Assembly: GCA_002436105.1 (NCBI GenBank)
Contig: DIXU01000001.1
Location: forward strand, 265,500-329,499
Direction of reading: 5' to 3'
Source: Candidatus Aminicenantes bacterium UBA6072
GTDB lineage: Bacteria > Acidobacteriota > Aminicenantia > UBA2199
Length of the DNA stretch: 64,000 bases
This document shows positions 39,398-56,229 of this stretch, in pieces. A program made the position numbers and the translations under genes. Under the pieces are notes generated by a model that did no database searches, had not been told where the DNA came from, and saw nothing but the letters and a program-made list of their open reading frames with translations. Every line of letters begins with the position of its first letter. Positions within the stretch are counted from its first letter, which is position 1.

Positions 39398-40657
39398 ATG
39401 AAACAAAGAGCAATTGCCCTACGGTTCGTCGTGTCGGTTGCCTTGATCGTTCTCTGCGGCGTCTCCTTGCCCGCCAATGGATTGAATCTCAACGGCTCCG
39501 GCTCGCGCGCGATGGGCATGGGCGGAGCCGTGATCGCCTGGACCAACGATGTCAGCCTTTTCTACTTCAACCCGGCCGGCGCGGCCAATGCCGAGGGCAC
39601 CTGGATCTCCCTGTTCGAGACCAACCTGCTCCCCAGCGGCACCTACGCGCTCGCCCCGTACGGCATTGATGCCAAGACCCAGAGCAAGCTTTATCCGGCC
39701 GGCGCGCTGGGCTTCGTCAAGCCGCTGTCGGACAAGCTGACCATCGGCCTCGGCATCTACACCCCCTCGGGCACCGGCGCCACCTGGGACGGCGAGCAGC
39801 TGAAACTCCTCTCCAACAACATGGCTTATGAATGGGAGAGTTTCCTTGGCGTGGTCACCGTTGCCCCGCTCGTGGCCTACAAGATCAGCGAGCAGGTGGC
39901 GGTCGGCGCCACGCTCAACCTGAACATCGGCATGATGGATATCAAGCGCCCCGGCGTCGGCCAGTACGAGGAGAGCCTGACCGGCATGGGCGTGGGCGCC
40001 ACGATCGGCATGCAGTTCACCCCCAGCGACAAGCTGGCCTTCGGACTCAGCTACAAGCTCCCGGTCAACGTCACCCTCAAGGGCGATGCCAAGATGGGCT
40101 TCGCCAACCTGCTCGGCGTCGGCGTCGAGAGCGAGATCACGCGCAAGACCACGCTGCCGATGTGGCTGGGCGCCGGCGTCAGCTTCAAGCCCATGGACAA
40201 GCTGCGGCTGGCCTTCGACATCAACTGGACCAACTGGAAGAAGCTGGACGAGATCCCGGTCGAGTTTTCCGACGCTGCCTGGACCCTGCTCATGGCCCAT
40301 CCGATCTACAAGGCCGCCTTCAACCAGGCCATCGAGCTGGACTGGAAGGACTGCCTGCAGTTCCGCATCGGCGCCGAATACATGCTCAACAAGGAGTGGG
40401 CGGTGCGCCTGGGCTACATGAGAGACCCGTCGCCCGCGCCGCTGGAGACGATGAACATCCTGCTGCCGCAGATCCCCTACAACATGTTCACCGTCGGCGC
40501 CGGCTACTCGGGCGCCAAGCTCAGCGTCAACGCCGCGCTGGAGATCCTGCGCGGGGCGAAGCAGACCGTGCCCCTGTCGGCGGCCGCCAAGATGCCGGGC
40601 GAGCACAACATGAACATCTTCGTGCCCAGCATCACCATCGCCTATCGCTTCAACTGA
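39398..40657 (+). CDS. FadL/OmpP1/TodX family outer-membrane transport beta-barrel
   Basis: Signal peptide, GSGSRAMGMGGAV start motif, NPAG hatch motif and a C-terminal aromatic beta-strand (ITIAYRFN). Confidence 0.8.
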   Translation: MKQRAIALRFVVSVALIVLCGVSLPANGLNLNGSGSRAMGMGGAVIAWTNDVSLFYFNPAGAANAEGTWISLFETNLLPSGTYALAPYGIDAKTQSKLYPAGALGFVKPLSDKLTIGLGIYTPSGTGATWDGEQLKLLSNNMAYEWESFLGVVTVAPLVAYKISEQVAVGATLNLNIGMMDIKRPGVGQYEESLTGMGVGATIGMQFTPSDKLAFGLSYKLPVNVTLKGDAKMGFANLLGVGVESEITRKTTLPMWLGAGVSFKPMDKLRLAFDINWTNWKKLDEIPVEFSDAAWTLLMAHPIYKAAFNQAIELDWKDCLQFRIGAEYMLNKEWAVRLGYMRDPSPAPLETMNILLPQIPYNMFTVGAGYSGAKLSVNAALEILRGAKQTVPLSAAAKMPGEHNMNIFVPSITIAYRFN

Positions 40658-40677
40658 CCTTACTTCCGTTCCGGCAT

Positions 40678-40712
40678 GGCGGAGGCGCCGGATGGCGCCT
40701 CCGCCGTTTTTT
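40678..40712 (+). terminator. Rho-independent terminator downstream of the FadL-like gene
   Basis: Perfect 12-bp stem GGCGGAGGCGCC-GGAT-GGCGCCTCCGCC followed by GTTTTTT. Confidence 0.75.
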
Positions 40713-40820
40713 GCCCCGTCAAGCTGAATTTCCCGCCGTTGCGCGGCCGTATTGAAAAACCGGCCGAAAAATAGTAAAATGGTATCTCAATCAAACTGAC
40801 TGCCATCTAGGAGAGCCAAC

Positions 40821-41228
40821 ATGACAGACGAGAAGAAAAAGAGCAAGGAGCGCCCTGCCGGGGCTTCCGCAGCCAAGAAACAGCCGGCCGGCGCCGCTGC
40901 AGATAAGCAGACCCAGGAGGCGCGAAGCGAGGTCCCGGTGATCCGGCCCGGCGACGAGCTGAAAGTGTTCTACCGCGTCATCGAGGCCGGCAAGGAAAGG
41001 ATACAGATCTACGAGGGCACCGTGATCGCCATCAAGAATTCGGGGATCTCCAAGACCATCACCGTGCGCAAGACCTCCTTCGGCATCGCCGTGGAAAGGA
41101 TCTTCCCCCTCCATTCCAAGCTGGTGCAGAAGATCGAAGTCAAGAAGCACACCCGCGTCAGACGGGCCAAACTCTTCTACCTGAGAAAACTCAAAGGAAA
41201 AGCCTCGCGCCTGAAAGAACTCAGGTAA
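40821..41228 (+). CDS. rplS: 50S ribosomal protein L19 with a Lys/Ala-rich N-terminal extension
   Basis: The core matches L19 (LKVFYRVIEAGKERIQIYEGTVIAIKNSGISKTITVRK...). There is an about 35-aa basic N-terminal extension. Confidence 0.9.
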   Translation: MTDEKKKSKERPAGASAAKKQPAGAAADKQTQEARSEVPVIRPGDELKVFYRVIEAGKERIQIYEGTVIAIKNSGISKTITVRKTSFGIAVERIFPLHSKLVQKIEVKKHTRVRRAKLFYLRKLKGKASRLKELR

Positions 41229-41827
41229 TGGCCGATTTCTCCATCGAATCGGCCTTATTGCATGACCAGCGCCGCTGGATATGCGGCCTGGATGAAGTCG
41301 GGCGGGGTTGCCTGTTCGGCCCCGTGGTCGCCGGGGCGGTCATTCTCGATCCGGCGGATCTCAATCCCGAGTACGACGACTCGAAAAAGCTCCCGCCGGC
41401 GCGACGCCGGCTCCTGGCACGAGACATCTACAGAAGGGCCAGGGGGTATTCCATCGGTTGGTGCTGGAACGACGAGATCGATGACTGCAATATCCTCGAG
41501 GCGAGCAAGCGCGCCATGCTGCAGGCGTTCCGCCGCCTGCAGCTTGCCCCCGATTACGCGCTGGTCGACGCCATCGACCCCGGCTTTCTTCCGGTCGCCG
41601 GACGGGCCGTGATCCGGGGCGACGAAAAGAGCCTCTCCATCGCCGCGGCCTCGATCATCGCCAAGGTGTTCCGCGACCGCCTGCTGGAGGAGATTTCCCC
41701 GTTTTTCCCCGAGTTTGACTTGGCAAGGAATAAGGGCTATCCTACACCCGGGCACAAAAATGTGTTATCATGGCAGGGGGAAACTATTTTTCACAGGAAG
41801 AGTTTCAAGCTGAAACATGGCTGTTGA
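41228..41827 (+). CDS. rnhB: Ribonuclease HII
   Basis: The motif GLDEVGRGCLFGPVVAGAVIL is present, and the DDSKKL start overlaps the rplS stop (TAATG). Confidence 0.9.
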   Translation: MADFSIESALLHDQRRWICGLDEVGRGCLFGPVVAGAVILDPADLNPEYDDSKKLPPARRRLLARDIYRRARGYSIGWCWNDEIDDCNILEASKRAMLQAFRRLQLAPDYALVDAIDPGFLPVAGRAVIRGDEKSLSIAAASIIAKVFRDRLLEEISPFFPEFDLARNKGYPTPGHKNVLSWQGETIFHRKSFKLKHGC

Positions 41828-44651
41828 AAACCGACTGAAGATCCTGCAGCTGGCCGACAAGTTGTTCAAGCAGGGAAAGATCGAGGCGGCGATCAAGGAA
41901 TACCACAAGATCATCGAGGTGAAGCCCGACGACCTGGAAGTGCGCCGCATCATCGGCGACCTGTACATCAAGCTCAACAAGCTGCCCGAAGCCTTCAAGC
42001 AGTTCGAATGGATATCGGACTTCTATCTGAAGGAAGGCTTCTTCACCAAGGCCATCGCCATGTACAAGCGCATCACCCGCCTCGATCCCCAGAACGAATC
42101 GGTCTCCTTCAAGCTGGCCGACCTTTATTCCAAGCAGGGGCTGACCATCGAGGCCAAGCAGATCTACCTGGAACTGGCCGAGGAATACAAGCGCCAGAAC
42201 AACCAGAAGAAGGCGCTGGGCATCTACAAGAAGATCCTGGAACTGGACCGCGGCAACATCAAGATGCGCACCCTGCTGGCGGACAACTACCTGCGCGAGG
42301 GAATGAAGGAGGAAGCGGTCGCCGAGTATCTCACGGCCAGTGATTTCCTGATCAAGAAGAAAGAATTCCCTCAGGCCGAGGAACTGCTGATGCAGACCTA
42401 CGGCAAGGTCAAGCATCTGAAGATCTTCGAGAAGCTGATCTCCTGCTACATCTCCCAGGGCAACAGCAGCAAGGCCATCCAGATGCTGCGCAATCTCGGC
42501 GACGAGATCTTCAAGCATCTGAATCTGCTGAAGATCCTGGGCGAGCTGTACTTCAAGAACAACCTCATTGAGGACGCCGAACAGATTTACAGGCGCATCG
42601 CCGAGATCGACTCCAACGAAACCGAAGTGATCATGAGGCTCGGCAAGGTCTACCTGCAGCGGGAGGAGATCGACAAGGCCTACCAGCTGTTCCTGCCGAC
42701 GATCGATCGCTTCATCGAGAAGGAGAAATTCGACGAGGCCAACTCGCTGCTGCGCTTCATCATCACCTCCAACAATACCTACCTGCCGGCCCTGAACAAG
42801 CTGGCGGCGATATTCAAGGCGACCAAGAAAACCAGCAGCCTGATCGCCCTGTACGAATCCCTGCTGCCGGTCTACGAGCAGCGCGACATGAAGACGGAGC
42901 TGATCGCCGTGCTGAACGAGCTGATCGAGCTGTCGGACACTCCCTTCGCCTACCAGGAGCAATTGGGCCGGCTGACCGGCGAGCACACGGCCGAGGAGGA
43001 GGAGAACAAGCAGGAGCGGGAGTTCATCGTCTTCCAGCTGAACAACGCCGACCAGGCCCTCAAGAGCAACAATTTCAAGAAGGCGGCCGAACTGCTCAAG
43101 ACCGCCCAGAACGCCTTCCCCAACAACATCGAGATCCGCACCAAGCTGTTCGACGTCTACCAGATGAGCAACGACATCGAGGCCCTGCTCAACGAGGGCA
43201 TCGAGCTGCTGAAGATCTACAAGCAGGAGAACCGGGACGAGGACCATAAGCAGCTGTTCGACAAGCTGACCCGACTCAAGCCCAACGACGAGCGGCTGCT
43301 GGACCTGAGCGGCCACGAGCGGACCAACATCGAGATCGACTTCGACCATGCCGAAATGATCGAGCAGATCCACGAGCTGCAGCAGCCCGGGATGGGCGAA
43401 ATGGAGCTGGATGGATTCCACGGCGGCGAGGAGGACATCTTCCTGCTCAAGGGCGAGGACAGCCTGCAGCAGAAGACCGAGTCCGAGAGCAAGAAGGGGC
43501 TGTCGTCGCATCTGGCCGAGCTGGATTTCTACATCAGCGAGGGGTATTTCAGCAACGCCGAGAGGGCCTTGGAGCGGCTGCGCCAGGAGTACCCGGAAAG
43601 CCGGGAGATCCAATCCCGGCTGGACCGCGTCCGGAAAGCCAAAGAGACGCGGCCCGACAAGACCGACTCCATTCGCGTCCAGCCCGGCGAGACCGAGAAG
43701 ATCGAGATCCAGTCCTCGATCGCCCAGGAAAGCGACACCCTGCAGAAATTCGAGGATTCCAAGGTGGAAATCCGGCTCGACGGCCTGCTGAACCAGTCCG
43801 GCGAGAAGATCGTCGCCAACGACTTCGCCGAAATCGACAGCATCCAGTTCGAGATCGAAATGGAGGAATCCGAAAGCAAGGAATCCGTGCCGTTCATCGA
43901 GATCGAGCAGGAACAGATCATCCAGACGCCGGCCGCGAACCCGAAAAACGCCCCGCCCGACCCCAACTTCCTCGGATCCAGCGCCGACTTCCTGGATATC
44001 GACAACATCTTCAACAGCGACGAAGCCCCGGCCGCGAGCGAATCACCGTTCCACGACATCGACGAGAGCGACCTGGCCGAGAGCGAGGTGGACATCCTCA
44101 AGGGCGAGAGCCTTTTCCTCGAAGAAGAGGACCTTTTCGAGACGGAAAAGCTGGTCTCCTTCGAGCTCGGCGCCATCAAGTACTGGATCGACGAGCTCCA
44201 GAAGCAGCGCACCTCGACCATTGAAAAGAACATGATGGAGATCTTCAAGGAATTCAAGAAGGGCGTCGACGAGAAGATCGGCCAGGAAGATTACGACACG
44301 CGCTACAACCTGGGCATCGCCTACAAGGAAATGGGGCTGATCGAGGAGGCCATCCACGAGTTCCTGATCTCCTCCAAGCACCCGCTGAAATTTTTCGACT
44401 CGGCTGGCCTGCTGGGCCTATGCTTCCGCGAAAAGGGGATGATGGACGAATCGATCGGCTGGTTCGAAAAGGCCCTGGCCACGTCCGACCGCAAGGACGA
44501 CGAGTACAACGCCGTCAAGTACGAAATGGTCCAGACCGCCAAGTTGAAGGAAGACTACCTCTACGCCAAGAAACTGGCCTTCGAGATCCTGAAGAAAGAT
44601 CCAAATTACCGGGACATCAAGGCGGTTTTCCAGGAATTGCAGAACAAATAG
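41817..44651 (+). CDS. Large TPR-repeat protein (944 aa), acidic C-terminal half
   Basis: There are many 34-residue TPR-like repeats (AIKEYHKIIEVKPDD..., AIAMYKRITRLDPQN..., AKQIYLELAEEY...). The start overlaps the rnhB stop. Confidence 0.7.
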   Translation: MAVENRLKILQLADKLFKQGKIEAAIKEYHKIIEVKPDDLEVRRIIGDLYIKLNKLPEAFKQFEWISDFYLKEGFFTKAIAMYKRITRLDPQNESVSFKLADLYSKQGLTIEAKQIYLELAEEYKRQNNQKKALGIYKKILELDRGNIKMRTLLADNYLREGMKEEAVAEYLTASDFLIKKKEFPQAEELLMQTYGKVKHLKIFEKLISCYISQGNSSKAIQMLRNLGDEIFKHLNLLKILGELYFKNNLIEDAEQIYRRIAEIDSNETEVIMRLGKVYLQREEIDKAYQLFLPTIDRFIEKEKFDEANSLLRFIITSNNTYLPALNKLAAIFKATKKTSSLIALYESLLPVYEQRDMKTELIAVLNELIELSDTPFAYQEQLGRLTGEHTAEEEENKQEREFIVFQLNNADQALKSNNFKKAAELLKTAQNAFPNNIEIRTKLFDVYQMSNDIEALLNEGIELLKIYKQENRDEDHKQLFDKLTRLKPNDERLLDLSGHERTNIEIDFDHAEMIEQIHELQQPGMGEMELDGFHGGEEDIFLLKGEDSLQQKTESESKKGLSSHLAELDFYISEGYFSNAERALERLRQEYPESREIQSRLDRVRKAKETRPDKTDSIRVQPGETEKIEIQSSIAQESDTLQKFEDSKVEIRLDGLLNQSGEKIVANDFAEIDSIQFEIEMEESESKESVPFIEIEQEQIIQTPAANPKNAPPDPNFLGSSADFLDIDNIFNSDEAPAASESPFHDIDESDLAESEVDILKGESLFLEEEDLFETEKLVSFELGAIKYWIDELQKQRTSTIEKNMMEIFKEFKKGVDEKIGQEDYDTRYNLGIAYKEMGLIEEAIHEFLISSKHPLKFFDSAGLLGLCFREKGMMDESIGWFEKALATSDRKDDEYNAVKYEMVQTAKLKEDYLYAKKLAFEILKKDPNYRDIKAVFQELQNK

Positions 44652-44717
44652 GCCTGCCGGCCTGAACCGTTTTCAACAGGGTTTTTCGGGGGTCCCCCTG
44701 ATCGCCTGACTGGGAAT

Positions 44718-44737
44718 ATCACATTTTTCACTATTGA
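44718..44737 (+). promoter_or_regulatory. 20-nt motif ATCACATTTTTCACTATTGA (copy 1) upstream of the sigma-54 activator gene
   Basis: Exact 20/20 match to 63478-63497. It contains a TTGA -35-like element. A cattatatt -10-like element lies downstream. Confidence 0.5.
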
Positions 44738-44816
44738 TTCGCCAAGCCATCATCATTATATTCCAAGCTTGAATTGACTTTTTCGCAGTGCCCGCCTTTG
44801 GCCAAGGAGTCAAGCT

Positions 44817-48700
<3,884 letters not shown>

Positions 48701-48704
<4 letters not shown>

Positions 48705-49630
48705 TGCCGCGGCTGCTGAAGAGGGCGGGGCGGTTCCTGCTTTTCATCTGGACGGTGGCCACCCTGACTTTCCTGCTGGCACGCGCCGTACCCGGCGACC
48801 CGGCCCTGGCCATCCTGGGGACGAACCCGAACCCGGAGGACATCCTGCGCCTGCGGCGTTCACTGCAGCTGGACCGTCCCCTGCTCGCGCAGTACATGAC
48901 CTTCATGCTGCATCTGGCCGTACTCGACCTGGGCGAATCGCTGGTCGACCGCAGGCCCGTAAGCACCTGCCTGCGTCGCCACCTGCCCAAAACGGTCCTG
49001 CTGGCCCTGGCGGCCATGACGCTCACCGTGCCCCTCTCCCTGCTGCTGGGCTTCCTCGCCGTCTTCGGGAAGAACCGGGTGTGGGAGGCGCTGGCAACGG
49101 CATTCTCGGCCCTGGGCCTGGCGGTACCCGTCTTTCTTCTGGGCCTGCTCCTGATCCTGGTCTTTTCCCTGGGGCTGGGGCTCCTGCCCGTTTCGGGGAG
49201 CGGCGGCATCCAGTTCCTCGTGCTGCCCGCCGTGACCCTGGCTTTCCCGCTGGGGGCCTTCCTCACCCGCATGGTGCGGGCGGTCCTGCGCGAAGAGGCG
49301 CAACGGCCCTACGTGCTCCTGGCCCGCTCCAAGGGGCTCTCCGCAGCCCAGATCTGCCGCCGCCATATCCTGAAGAACGCGTTCATCCCCATCGTCACCA
49401 TCGCCGGCATGCAGGCGGGCTCCCTCCTGGGCGGGGCCGTCATCGTCGAGAACCTTTTCTCCTGGCCCGGGATCGGCACGCTGCTGCTCACCGCCATCCG
49501 CCAGCGCGACCTGCCCTCCATCCAGGGGGCGGTGCTGCTGATGGCCGCGATGTACTACCTGGCGAACCTCCTGGTCGACATTTCCTATTCGCGGCTCGAC
49601 CCGCGCATTTCCCATGATCGGACTGGATAA
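48701..49630 (+). CDS. ABC transporter permease, OppB/DppB-like
   Basis: A 6-TM permease with an EAA-like loop. The start overlaps the sigma-54 activator stop (ATGA). Confidence 0.85.
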
Positions 49631-50444
49631 GGGGAACCCGCGCTTCCGGCTGGGCGTCCTGGTCCTGGCCGCGATCGGCGCCGGGCTCGGCGGCACCGTC
49701 CTGGCCGGGGGGATCGATCTCGACCTGCACCTGCTGCAGCGCCTGCAGCCGCCTTCCGGCCGCCATCTCCTGGGCACCGATGCCCTCGGGCGCGACATCC
49801 TTTCCTGCCTGGCATTCGGCACGCTGGTCTCGCTGGCCATCGCCCTGGCTGCGGTCGCACTGGCCGCGGTGGCCGGGACCGTGCTGGGCTTCCTGGCCGG
49901 CTGGTTCGGCGGCCGGACCGGCACGATCCTGATGGCGGGAGCCGATCTCATGCTGGCGTTCCCCGGTTTCCTGCTGGCGCTGTTCCTGGCCGCCCTGTGG
50001 GGCCAGGGAGCGCTCCAACTGGTCATCGCCCTGGCCGCGGGCGGCTGGGCCGGCACCGCGCGCCTGGTGCGCGGAGAAGTGCTGCGGATCAAGGAGCTGG
50101 ACTTCATCCTCGCCGCGCGCGGCTTCAATGCCTCGTCCCGGCACATCGCCGTCGAGCACATGCTGCCGTTGATCTTTCCCGCCCTGCTGACCCAGGCCGT
50201 CTCCGGGATCGCCGCCGTCATCCTGGCCGAGGCCGGCCTGAATTTCCTCGGGCTCGGGCTCGACCCGCGCCTGCCGACGCTGGGCGGCATGATCGACGCC
50301 GGACGCACCCACCTGTTCGACCGTCCGGCCCTGGTCCTCGTCCCCGGGGCCTGCCTCACCCTGCTGGTGGCCGGATTCCTGCTGCTGGCCGAGGGCTTCA
50401 ACGCCCGCCCGGGCACGGTTGCCTTTGAAAAATTAGGCGAATGA
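49614..50444 (+). CDS. ABC transporter permease, OppC/DppC-like
   Basis: A 6-TM permease that overlaps the upstream permease. No ATPase or substrate-binding protein gene is adjacent. Confidence 0.85.
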   Translation: MIGLDKGNPRFRLGVLVLAAIGAGLGGTVLAGGIDLDLHLLQRLQPPSGRHLLGTDALGRDILSCLAFGTLVSLAIALAAVALAAVAGTVLGFLAGWFGGRTGTILMAGADLMLAFPGFLLALFLAALWGQGALQLVIALAAGGWAGTARLVRGEVLRIKELDFILAARGFNASSRHIAVEHMLPLIFPALLTQAVSGIAAVILAEAGLNFLGLGLDPRLPTLGGMIDAGRTHLFDRPALVLVPGACLTLLVAGFLLLAEGFNARPGTVAFEKLGE

Positions 50445-50494
50445 CGATATAATGACCCCATCCGCTCCCCGAAGTGGGAACGGGGGAGGTCACC

Positions 50495-50785
50495 ATGGAG
50501 AAGCGCAAGGAACTGCGCGTCAAGAAAAGGGCCTTGTCCAGCCTGGAGAACAAGCCGGCGATCATCGTCGACATGTCGCTGAGCGGCATCCAGATCTCCA
50601 TGAACCGCCCCCCGCGAAACCAGAACGTCGTCATCAAGCTGCAGGTCAACGGCCAGGTCATCACCATCAAGGGGGATGTGCGTTGGATCGGCCGCACGTC
50701 GGCCAGCGCCTCGGCCAACCATATCGGCATCGCCATCCGCGAGGCCCCCGACGCATACTACCAGATGCTGGCGCTTCCCGGCTGA
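50495..50785 (+). CDS. PilZ domain protein
   Basis: RxxxR (KELRVKKR) and DxSxxG (DMSLSGIQ) c-di-GMP-binding motifs. GGGGAGG SD upstream and gaTATAAT box at 50448. Confidence 0.7.
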   Translation: MEKRKELRVKKRALSSLENKPAIIVDMSLSGIQISMNRPPRNQNVVIKLQVNGQVITIKGDVRWIGRTSASASANHIGIAIREAPDAYYQMLALPG

Positions 50786-50803
50786 GCGGGAGCGCCCCGC
50801 CCG

Positions 50804-53758
<2,955 letters not shown>

Positions 53759-53866
53759 GTTGCGCTCCGCGGTCTTCCGCCTGGCTGAATTATAGGAGCA
53801 TCGGCGGCGAAAGTCAATTTGAAATTGCAATTTCAGCCGATGTTTGCTATACTTTTTCCTATCGCC

Positions 53867-56212
53867 ATGGAAGAATTATTGAGCAATCCTCTGGTAAAAC
53901 TGGCCATCATCGTGGCCATCATGCTCCTGATCCTGAAGATCGTTTACCAGGTCCTCAAGACCGCCAAGGTGTCCGCTTTTCAGAACCGTTCCTTTTTCGA
54001 GGCGTTCTTCTACCTGCTGGCCAAAAAGGCCTACATGGAACGGGATGCCAAGCGCTTGCGCAAACAGAACCATTTCCTCAAGTCGGGAAAGGTCTACGAA
54101 GAGATCGGCGAGTTCAAGAAAGCGCTGCAGGTCTACGAGGAAGGCCTGGAGTACGACGTCATGGGCGAGCTGCTGGAGAAGCTGGGCAAGGAAAGCGAGG
54201 CCATCGAGATCTACAAGAAGAGCGGCAACAGCGACAATCTGGTCAAGCTGCTGCTCAAGCGCAAGAACATCGAGGCCGCCGGCACCGTCCTGGAGAACAA
54301 CAACCGCTTTCAGGAAGCCGCCGAGCTGTACTACAATTACGAGCGCTACGACAAGGCGGCCCAGATCTACGAGAAAAAGGGATTCTACAAAAAAGCGGCC
54401 TATATATATGAAAAGGGCGGCAACCTCAAGAAGGCCGCCGCCAATTTCGAGAAGTGGTTCGTCACCAGCTTCGACACGGCCATCGGCTTCCAGGTCTCCA
54501 AGCAGCTGGAGCAGGAGCTGCTCAAGGCCGTGGAGCTGTACACCCAGCTGAACGAGCTGGAAAAGGCCTACAATCTGCTGATCAAGTACGGGAAATTCGA
54601 GAAAGCCGCCGAAGTGGCGATCAAGATGAATCGCATTTCCGATGCCGCCCAGAATTTCGAACGCGCCCAGCAGCCCCTCCGGGCGGCCGAAATGTACGAG
54701 CAACTGGGCCAGCCCAAGATCGCCTACCTGCTGCGCGGCGAGAACGCGTTTGCCAAGGGCAGCACATTGGAGGCGGCCGAGTGGTTCCTCAAGGGCGAGG
54801 ATTACACGCGCGCCGCCGAGCTCTTTGAATGGGACAAGAAATTCACCAAAGCCGCCCATTGTTACTTCATGAACCAGAATTTCCTGGGAGCGGCCGAGAA
54901 CTACCTCAAGGACAACAACGAGGAGGAGGCGGCCAAAATGTTCGAGATGGGCCGGGAATGGAAGATGGCGGCCAACATCTCGCTGAAATACGGCAAGTTC
55001 CAGAAGGCCGGCGAGTTGTACGAGAATGCCCAGGAGTACTTCAAGGCCGGCTCCTCGTTCATCAAGGTGGACGACGACCGTCGCGCCCTGGCCAATTTCC
55101 AGCTGGTGCCGGTCGACTCGCCGGATTTCAATGCCGCCATCACCCACATGGCCAACATCTTCCTCAAGAACCGCAAGCCGCAGCTGGTCATCGAGAAGAT
55201 CGAGAAGCTTCTCGGCGAAAATCCGATCGACAAATCCAACATCGAATGGTTCTATGTCCTGGGGCAGGCCTACGAGAATGCCGGCAACTTCCGCAAGGCA
55301 TTCGAGATCTACCAGATGATCCTCACCGAGGATTACTCATTCAGGGACGTGCACCAGAAGATCAAGGACGTGGAGAACCTGATCCAGAAATACAAGGAGA
55401 TGGAGCTGATCAGCGAGGACTCCATCGAGCGCTACCGCATCGTGGAGAAGATCGGCGAGGGCGGCATGGGCGTGGTCTTCAAGGCCGAGGACACGGTATT
55501 GAAGCGCATCGTGGCCCTGAAGATCCTGAACAAGACCCTGGTGGCCGACAAGCGCAACCTGGAGCGCTTCTTTTCCGAGGCCCGCTCCACCGCCTCGCTG
55601 ACCCAGGCCAACATCGTCACCGTCTATGACGTGGGTCAGATCAAGGACGACTATTTCATTTCCATGGAGTACATCGAGGGCGAGAACTTCATGAACCTCA
55701 TCCGCCGCAAGAAGGTGTTCTCCCCCTCGCAGGTCATCTTCATCGCCATCAAGCTCTTCAAGGCCCTCGATTATTCGCATCGCAAGGGCATCATCCACCG
55801 CGACATCAAGCCGCATAACATCATGATCACCAAGCAGAAGGAGATCAAGATCATGGATTTCGGCCTGGCCGTGATCCTCGGCGACCAGAAAAAGGGCGAA
55901 AGCGGCGTCATCACCGGCACACCCTACTACATGTCGCCCGAGCAGATCCAGGGCATCCCCGTCGATCATCGCACCGACATCTATTCCTCGGGCGCCACCC
56001 TGTTCCACCTCACCACCGGCCACGTCCCCTTCAAGGGCGAGAACATCTTCTACCAGCACCTCTTCGACCCGGTGCCGCCGATCAAGAAATTCCGCAGCGA
56101 CGTCCCGGAGAAGCTCTGCTATATCATCGAGAAATGCATGGAGAAAAAGCGCGAGCAGCGCTTCCAGAGCGCCATGGAAGTGCTGAACGAGATGAAGACC
56201 ATCAAAATCTAA
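53867..56212 (+). CDS. Serine/threonine protein kinase with N-terminal TM helix and cytoplasmic TPR-like/KAA-repeat region
   Basis: The C-terminal Hanks kinase domain has GEGGMGVVFKA, VALKIL, HRDIKPHN and DFGLA. An internal Met at 53867 is preferred so that the divergent AAA+ gene is not overlapped. tgcTATACT box at 53846. Confidence 0.85.
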   Translation: MEELLSNPLVKLAIIVAIMLLILKIVYQVLKTAKVSAFQNRSFFEAFFYLLAKKAYMERDAKRLRKQNHFLKSGKVYEEIGEFKKALQVYEEGLEYDVMGELLEKLGKESEAIEIYKKSGNSDNLVKLLLKRKNIEAAGTVLENNNRFQEAAELYYNYERYDKAAQIYEKKGFYKKAAYIYEKGGNLKKAAANFEKWFVTSFDTAIGFQVSKQLEQELLKAVELYTQLNELEKAYNLLIKYGKFEKAAEVAIKMNRISDAAQNFERAQQPLRAAEMYEQLGQPKIAYLLRGENAFAKGSTLEAAEWFLKGEDYTRAAELFEWDKKFTKAAHCYFMNQNFLGAAENYLKDNNEEEAAKMFEMGREWKMAANISLKYGKFQKAGELYENAQEYFKAGSSFIKVDDDRRALANFQLVPVDSPDFNAAITHMANIFLKNRKPQLVIEKIEKLLGENPIDKSNIEWFYVLGQAYENAGNFRKAFEIYQMILTEDYSFRDVHQKIKDVENLIQKYKEMELISEDSIERYRIVEKIGEGGMGVVFKAEDTVLKRIVALKILNKTLVADKRNLERFFSEARSTASLTQANIVTVYDVGQIKDDYFISMEYIEGENFMNLIRRKKVFSPSQVIFIAIKLFKALDYSHRKGIIHRDIKPHNIMITKQKEIKIMDFGLAVILGDQKKGESGVITGTPYYMSPEQIQGIPVDHRTDIYSSGATLFHLTTGHVPFKGENIFYQHLFDPVPPIKKFRSDVPEKLCYIIEKCMEKKREQRFQSAMEVLNEMKTIKI

Positions 56213-56229
56213 AGCAAGGAGCGGCACAT